From the NCBI GenBank assembly GCA_052034805.1, contig JBPOID010000001.1, positions 28,184 through 92,183 on the forward strand: 64,000 nucleotides of DNA, given 5' to 3'. Every line of letters begins with the position of its first letter. Positions within the stretch are counted from its first letter, which is position 1. The notes beneath the pieces are model-generated. The model was not told where the DNA came from. It did no database searches and saw nothing but the letters and a program-made list of their open reading frames with translations. This DNA is from Candidatus Tayloriibacteriota bacterium. GTDB taxonomy: Bacteria > Patescibacteriota > Minisyncoccia > Phycocordibacterales > PALSA-1337. Below, piece after piece: positions 58,484-64,000 of the stretch. The translations under genes and the position numbers were made by a program.

Positions 58484-59065
58484 TTATGAAGATTCGTATC
58501 TTGTGAATCTAGTTATTGCGATTTTCTCTCCGAATTTCTGTACAGCTTTATCTATAAGAGCTTGTATTGTTACAGAAGGATCCTTTATAAAGGGTTGATC
58601 TAGAAGTACCATTTCACTGAAATATGTTACAAGTTTTCCTTCGAGAATCTTTTCTTGCATATCTTTTGGTTTATCTTTTACTTCATTTAAGAATACTTCT
58701 CTTGCTGTAGAACGAGCTTCTTCTGTTATATCTTCTTTCTTTATGAATTTAGGATTTGTAGCTGTTATATGCATAGCTATATCTCTAGCTAATGTCTTGA
58801 ATTCATCATTACCTGATACGAAATCTGTTTCGCATGATAAAACTACCATAGTTCCAACATTTCCTGTTGAATGTATATATGACTGTACTGATCCTGCATT
58901 GAAATTTCTGTCTTTTTTCTTGGCTGAAAGTTCACCACTTTTCTTTTGGAGTATAACAATAGCCTTCGTCATATCTCCTCCGGCTTCTTCTAATGCTTTC
59001 TTGCATTGCATAATAGACACTCCTGTCTGATCACGCAGTTCCTTTATTTTTTCTGTTGTAATCAT
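58484..59065 (-). CDS. tsf: Elongation factor Ts (short form)
   Basis: IKELRDQTGVSIMQCKKAL, CETDFV, IAMHI, LLDQPF. Confidence 0.96.
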   Translation of the reverse strand: MITTEKIKELRDQTGVSIMQCKKALEEAGGDMTKAIVILQKKSGELSAKKKDRNFNAGSVQSYIHSTGNVGTMVVLSCETDFVSGNDEFKTLARDIAMHITATNPKFIKKEDITEEARSTAREVFLNEVKDKPKDMQEKILEGKLVTYFSEMVLLDQPFIKDPSVTIQALIDKAVQKFGEKIAITRFTRYESS

Positions 59066-59114
59066 ATTTATTTAATTAGATATATACGTAATAATAAACG
59101 TATACAGTATTATA

Positions 59115-59843
59115 CTATATCTTCTTAGTTTCTGTCTTGCCTAGAGCCTTACCTTCATTATAAGCCTTTACTATTTCGTCTGTGAAGAATTTTACGGATG
59201 ATTGTGATGCATCATTTGCAACTATAGGGTAATTTATGTCTCTTATATCACAATCTGATCCAGCCAAAGCTATAACTGGGATTTTCATATCTATAGCTTC
59301 TTTTACGGCAATCTTTTCTTTCTTTGAATCAACTACGAAAATAGCTTTTGGTAAATCCTTTAATGAAACTATTCCTGAGAAGAATTTCTCTAGCTTTGTT
59401 ATTTCGCGGTCTATAAGAAGTCTTTCTTTCTTTGTGTATTTTGCTAATTCTCCTTTTTCTCTTTCTGTTGTTAATTTCTCAAGTTTCTCTACTCTCTTTC
59501 TGATTTGGCTGAAATTTGTAAGAGTTCCACCTATCCATCTTCCATCTACGAAAGGCATACCTATTGACTGAGCTCCACGCTTTATGGAATTCCTAGCTTC
59601 ACTCTTTCCACCTACGAAAAGTATAGTTTTACCGTCTTTTGCTATTTCTTTTATAAAATTCTTTGCTTTATCCAATAGATTGGATGTTTTCTCTAAATCG
59701 AATATTTCTACTTTATTCTTTGTACCGAAAATATATGGAGCAATTGTAGGGTGTCTTCTGCTCTTAGAAAAGGCAAAATGCGCACCTACGCTGAACATAT
59801 TCTCTACATTGTTATTATTTGTTGTTTTTGTATCTTTTAACAT
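59115..59843 (-). CDS. rpsB: 30S ribosomal protein uS2
   Basis: GAHF, ILFVG, RWIGGTLTNF, PIVANDAS. Confidence 0.96.
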   Translation of the reverse strand: MLKDTKTTNNNNVENMFSVGAHFAFSKSRRHPTIAPYIFGTKNKVEIFDLEKTSNLLDKAKNFIKEIAKDGKTILFVGGKSEARNSIKRGAQSIGMPFVDGRWIGGTLTNFSQIRKRVEKLEKLTTEREKGELAKYTKKERLLIDREITKLEKFFSGIVSLKDLPKAIFVVDSKKEKIAVKEAIDMKIPVIALAGSDCDIRDINYPIVANDASQSSVKFFTDEIVKAYNEGKALGKTETKKI

Positions 59844-59867
59844 CGTTTATCGAGTCTATCAAATTTA

Positions 59868-60770
59868 TTATTTATTTGCAATCTCTTTAAGAGAATCAAT
59901 GATAGGGTCCAATTTACCCGCGAAAATAAGCGGTATATTGTGCCAACTCTCCTTTATTCTATGATCTGTAACCCTATCTTGCAAAATATTATATGTTCTA
60001 ATCTTTTCTGATCTATCTCCGGTACCTATTTGGCCTTTTCTATCGGCACTGAACTTCTTTGCTTCTTCTTCTTCTTTTAATGCTTCTAATTTTGCCATTA
60101 GAACCTCCATAGCCTTTTCGCGGTTTGCAGCCTGACTGCGCTCGGCGGTGGCACGTACATCTATGCCTGTTGGTTTATGGACCAATCTAACTGCTGTTTC
60201 AACTTTATTAACATTCTGACCACCTTTTCCACCTGCACGAGAGAATTCCATTTCTATATCTCCTGGATTTACTTCGAATTTGTATTTCTTTCTTATAGGC
60301 AAAATAGCAACTGATGCTGTAGATGTATGAACTCTACCCATTTTCTCTGTTGCTGGTATTCTCTGTACTCTATGTACGCCGGTTTCATATTTTAGAGAAG
60401 GATAAGCGTCTTTGCCTTTTATTTCTAAAGTTAATTCTTCTGTAACTCTAACTGACCAACCCTTTGCTTCTGAATATCTTTTATACATTTCCAATAAATC
60501 ATTAGCAAAGATATTTGCCTCATCGCCACCCGCTCCAGCACGGATTTCTAGTATCATTTCTTTTGGATATTCCTCTTCTTCTTTCTCAGCTTCCAATATT
60601 GTCTTTATTTGTTCTTCTATGGCTTTCTTTTGATCCTTTATAGATGCCAATTCGGCAATAGCAAGTTCCTTCATAGAAGCATCCTTTTCACTCATAGATA
60701 AAAGATCCGCTTCCTCTTTTTGGAGTTTTACTAGCATTTCTTCTAGAAATGCAGTTTTATGATTACTCAT
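59868..60770 (-). CDS. prfA: Peptide chain release factor 1 (shortened N-domain)
   Basis: [23 protein letters not shown] (PxT), [19 protein letters not shown]. Confidence 0.93.
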   Translation of the reverse strand: MSNHKTAFLEEMLVKLQKEEADLLSMSEKDASMKELAIAELASIKDQKKAIEEQIKTILEAEKEEEEYPKEMILEIRAGAGGDEANIFANDLLEMYKRYSEAKGWSVRVTEELTLEIKGKDAYPSLKYETGVHRVQRIPATEKMGRVHTSTASVAILPIRKKYKFEVNPGDIEMEFSRAGGKGGQNVNKVETAVRLVHKPTGIDVRATAERSQAANREKAMEVLMAKLEALKEEEEAKKFSADRKGQIGTGDRSEKIRTYNILQDRVTDHRIKESWHNIPLIFAGKLDPIIDSLKEIANK

Positions 60771-60775
60771 TTTAT

Positions 60776-61039
60776 TTAAGCTTTTTTAGTTTTAGCCTTT
60801 GCTTGACGGCTCTTGAATTTCTCTACTCTACCAGCACTATCTAGGGTCTTTTCTTGATTTGTATAGAAAGGATGTGAAGCACTAGAGATTTCAACATGAT
60901 GTACTGGGTATTCCTTACCATCAGTCCATTTGCCCTTTTCTGTAGTCTTTATTGTTGAAGATATAAGAAATTGCGCAAGAGATGAATTATCTATAAATAT
61001 AACTGGTCTATATTCTTTTGGATGTATTTCCTTTTTCAT
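60776..61039 (-). CDS. rpmE2: 50S ribosomal protein bL31 type B (Zn-independent)
   Basis: [24 protein letters not shown]; no Cys. Confidence 0.93.
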   Translation of the reverse strand: MKKEIHPKEYRPVIFIDNSSLAQFLISSTIKTTEKGKWTDGKEYPVHHVEISSASHPFYTNQEKTLDSAGRVEKFKSRQAKAKTKKA

Positions 61040-61060
61040 ATTTTTATAAGAAACACTCTA

Positions 61061-62416
61061 TCATATACCCTGTAATGGGTCAATCATTGTTCTCTGTATA
61101 TTATCGGCCTTTGCCATAACCTGAGTTCCATAAGATCTTATAAGAGAAGATGTACTACAGGACTTTCCTGAATAATATTTGCATGCGGAATTCTGTTCTT
61201 TACTATAAGTTCCACCATTAGCACCTAGATCTCCAAGATAAATAGCAGAGGCCATGAATGCATCTTTTGGATCCCAAGGATTAGGTAAAACAGATCCAGA
61301 AAGACTAGATATTCTATCTTTAAATAACATCCATGTAGAAGGTATGAATTGTGCAGGCCCCATAGCACCACCCCAGCCAACAGATTGAGGACAAGAAACT
61401 AAAGTTTTTAATGGATCAAGTCCTAATGATTTTGTAATACTTATAAAAGGTTCTACATCTCTACTAGGCTTCATAACATTGGAAATAACTTTACCATTCT
61501 TTACACTGGCACCTATTCCAGTTTGAAAATCTGTTAAATAACAAGATCCAACATCAGAACCTAGAGAAGATTCTTGTGTGAGAATAGCCAGAAGAAATGC
61601 TGGTCTAACTCCAGTTTTCTGTGAAGCTAGATTCGCATATTTCAATGCATCTCCGAATGGTATGGCTTTTGCATCTCTTAGAGAGAATAAAGCAGCTCGT
61701 ATTTGTGCAGCTTTTTTGGCTTTATCTGCTATAACCTGAGAATACGTTAATTCATTACTTTTACTAATACCTAATAGTCTTTGTTTTTCGGCTTGATTGC
61801 TTTTTATATTTTTCTCTTCTTGTTGTATAGCATATCTAGCGTCTATTTCTTGGCTTCTTCTATCATCTAGATTTTGTTTTTCTTCTTCCGTTTGTGTTTT
61901 TGTATCTCTGATCTCTTCGAAAGTAGTTTTCAGTGATGATTGTAATGATTCAAATGTATCTAAATCAGAAAAAATACTACTTATATTATCCCCAGAAAGT
62001 AAAATTTCTGGAATAGAAATATTATCTATTTCACTAGTCTTTCGCATTATCTGGGAAAGAGTTTCCCTTCCACGCTCTATTCTCTCAAGCAGAGTTTCTA
62101 TAGTCTTTTGTTTATTTGATATATCTTTTCCTAAACTTTCTATAAGAATATTCTTTGCTTTTATATTCAATTGAGCAGACTTTATCTTTGCGTCTAATAT
62201 AGTAATATCGCGCTTCAAAGAAGCACTTTGAAGTCTTGTATCAGATAGTATCTTTTCTGTATCTCTTTGCTCTTGTTCTATCTGTGCCAACTCCGAACGC
62301 AAACGAGCTTCTCTCTGATCTGGAGTTTCATTGGTAGATTGTGCAAAAACTATATTTGAAGATAGAAATGAAAAAACAAATACTACGATGAAAACATTCC
62401 TGAATGTTTTATTCAT
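61061..62416 (-). CDS. Secreted coiled-coil protein with C-terminal lytic transglycosylase-like (MltB/SLT_2) domain
   Basis: Signal peptide, long coiled coil, AILTQES catalytic Glu, GAMGPAQFIPSTW, NPWDPKDA; start moved to MNKTF. Confidence 0.85.
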   Translation of the reverse strand: MNKTFRNVFIVVFVFSFLSSNIVFAQSTNETPDQREARLRSELAQIEQEQRDTEKILSDTRLQSASLKRDITILDAKIKSAQLNIKAKNILIESLGKDISNKQKTIETLLERIERGRETLSQIMRKTSEIDNISIPEILLSGDNISSIFSDLDTFESLQSSLKTTFEEIRDTKTQTEEEKQNLDDRRSQEIDARYAIQQEEKNIKSNQAEKQRLLGISKSNELTYSQVIADKAKKAAQIRAALFSLRDAKAIPFGDALKYANLASQKTGVRPAFLLAILTQESSLGSDVGSCYLTDFQTGIGASVKNGKVISNVMKPSRDVEPFISITKSLGLDPLKTLVSCPQSVGWGGAMGPAQFIPSTWMLFKDRISSLSGSVLPNPWDPKDAFMASAIYLGDLGANGGTYSKEQNSACKYYSGKSCSTSSLIRSYGTQVMAKADNIQRTMIDPLQGI

Positions 62417-62438
62417 GAATATATTGTAACACAAGATA

Positions 62439-63122
62439 TTATTTCTTATCTTCTTTCTTTGCAGTTTTTGAAGCTTCGGCTGTATCAAGAGATACTTCTT
62501 CTCCTTCTTTTGCTTCTTTACCTTTCTTTTCAACTTCGATAGCACTCATATCTATAGGTTTTACTTCATCAACTTCTTCTTTAGCTACCGCAATAGATGC
62601 CACTATTTCGTCTTTATTTGCGATTAGAGTAACTCCAGATGGTATATTGATATCTTTTGCTGTTATAACACTTGTAAGTTCAGTTAAAAGAGATATATCA
62701 ACTTTTAATTCATGAGGTAAATCCTTTGGAGATGCTTCTATTTCTAGATCACGTAGAACTTTGACCAAGATTCCAGCTTTATCCTTTACTGCAGAAGAAA
62801 TGCCTTCGAATACTAGAGGTACATGAACCTTTACTTTTTTACCCTTTTCTATTACATAAAAATCAACATGACGTGGAGCATCTGTTATAGGGTGAGTATC
62901 AACATCATATATCAAAGCCTCATGTTCATGACTTCCTTCCTTTAGAATAATAACTGAAGATTCGCCGGCTTTTTTCCAAGCTTTTATGAAATCTTTCATT
63001 GGTATAGTTATAGGAGTACTTTTCTCTTTTGGACCATAAAATACCGCAGGAAGCTTGCCTGCCTTGCGTAGGCTTTCTAGATCAAGCTTCATATCTCTTT
63101 TTTCTACGTTTAAAGTAATCAT
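62439..63122 (-). CDS. rplY: 50S ribosomal protein bL25/Ctc
   Basis: LRKAGKLPAVFYG, HVDFY, VHVPLVFEG, C-terminal TL5-like domain. Confidence 0.94.
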   Translation of the reverse strand: MITLNVEKRDMKLDLESLRKAGKLPAVFYGPKEKSTPITIPMKDFIKAWKKAGESSVIILKEGSHEHEALIYDVDTHPITDAPRHVDFYVIEKGKKVKVHVPLVFEGISSAVKDKAGILVKVLRDLEIEASPKDLPHELKVDISLLTELTSVITAKDINIPSGVTLIANKDEIVASIAVAKEEVDEVKPIDMSAIEVEKKGKEAKEGEEVSLDTAEASKTAKKEDKK

Positions 63123-63165
63123 AGATTGATACTTTAATATATGTAGGAATAAAAATCAAGTCTCA

Positions 63166-63789
63166 TTATTTGTGTGGGCCTAATAAACATCTATTTGCCG
63201 ACGGAGATGCATTATTACCCCAATATAATTTAAGACCAGTAGTTGGCGGATTTTCTAATGTATAATAAATAACATATTCATAATTATCTATATCTTCTAA
63301 GCCTGAAGGAGGAGGTGATGCATAAGGTATAGTTGTCTGACTAGGTACACAATCAGCAAAATTACTAGAAGACACACTAGATGATAGATATGTATAACAA
63401 AAATGTGGCAAAGCAGAAGATACATCTGCTGGATATGTATTCTGTTTAGGATCTACAGGAAGACTTGGTAAAAATCCTTCAGTAACTAAAACATCAAGCT
63501 CTGGAGACCATTTGCCCACTATCATACTTCCATTGCCACCTGCATTACCACAAGAACTCTTTCTATTTGAACCATCTGCATTTGCTACAGGATATGAACC
63601 ATATTTATCTTTATATAATTCCAAAGCTAATTGTAATTGTTTGAGACTCCCTATTCTTTGTGCATCTCTTGCTTTAGCTCTTGCTGTATTTAGACTAGCC
63701 AATACTACAGATGAAAGTAATCCGATTATAGAAATAACTACCAGTAATTCTATTAGAGTAAAACCTTTTGATGAATTTATTTTATACAT
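63166..63789 (-). CDS. Type IV pilin-like protein
   Basis: Class III signal KGFTLIELLVVISIIGLLSSVVLASL, ARDAQR, LPVDP, paired Cys. Confidence 0.9.
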   Translation of the reverse strand: MYKINSSKGFTLIELLVVISIIGLLSSVVLASLNTARAKARDAQRIGSLKQLQLALELYKDKYGSYPVANADGSNRKSSCGNAGGNGSMIVGKWSPELDVLVTEGFLPSLPVDPKQNTYPADVSSALPHFCYTYLSSSVSSSNFADCVPSQTTIPYASPPPSGLEDIDNYEYVIYYTLENPPTTGLKLYWGNNASPSANRCLLGPHK

Positions 63790-63799
63790 AAAGATGTAT

Positions 63800-64000
63800 T
63801 TACAAAATGAATTTAAATAAGATGAATCCAGTAACGATTAAATTAAAAGCAAGAATACCTATCATAACGAGTTTAGCTCCGTTTTCATCCTTTGCTAAAC
63901 CCATTTTTATTATTAAACCAGTGAGACCTTTGTTTTGAGATTGTTGACTCATGCTTCTATAAGCATAATTCATCGATTGTGAGTCTGTATCAAATTCTAC
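63800..64000 (-). CDS. Small membrane protein, 5' end outside the window
   Basis: Hand-translated ..VEFDTDSQSMNYAYRSMSQQSQNKGLTGLIIKMGLAKDENGAKLVMIGILAFNLIVTGFILFKFIL*. Confidence 0.65.
   Translation of the reverse strand, partial: VEFDTDSQSMNYAYRSMSQQSQNKGLTGLIIKMGLAKDENGAKLVMIGILAFNLIVTGFILFKFIL

Noticed and set aside
1-64000. Alternative genetic code 25 (TGA=Gly)
   Set aside because: Core genes are full length under code 11 and TGA terminates pilB and iscS at the expected positions

Overview
Low-GC bacterial chromosome segment. Gene content and streamlined protein forms (short SMC, TGS-less ThrRS, short EF-Ts and RF1, type IV pilus genes, PKD-like and PsbP-like surface proteins) point to a Patescibacteria/CPR organism, probably Parcubacteria, using genetic code 11 (inference). 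Most of the window is housekeeping: typA, truB, hisS, lexA, rpoD-dnaG-rpoC/rpoB, trmD-khpA-rpsP, rnr, smc-rnc-nusB-rpmF-rnhB, dnaE-thrS, gyrB, a mitochondrial-type PheRS, tRNA-Thr, tsf-rpsB-prfA-rpmE2 and rplY. It also holds a class III RNR/Fe-S module (nrdD-nrdG-iscS-iscU-reductase). The most unusual region is 40.65-43.19 kb, between rnr and smc. There, self-contained GC-richer transcription units (promoter, one orphan gene or RNA, terminator) are separated by four same-orientation copies of a ~25-bp repeat. The cargo includes a stand-alone sigma-70 region-4-like protein and a candidate structured ncRNA, and several leaders carry boxA-like motifs. Other highlights are a membrane bPH_2-Schlafen fusion (candidate defence protein) and widespread leaderless-type promoters on core genes, whereas the orphan cassettes are SD-led. 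All calls come from reading the sequence and recognising motifs; no searches were run.
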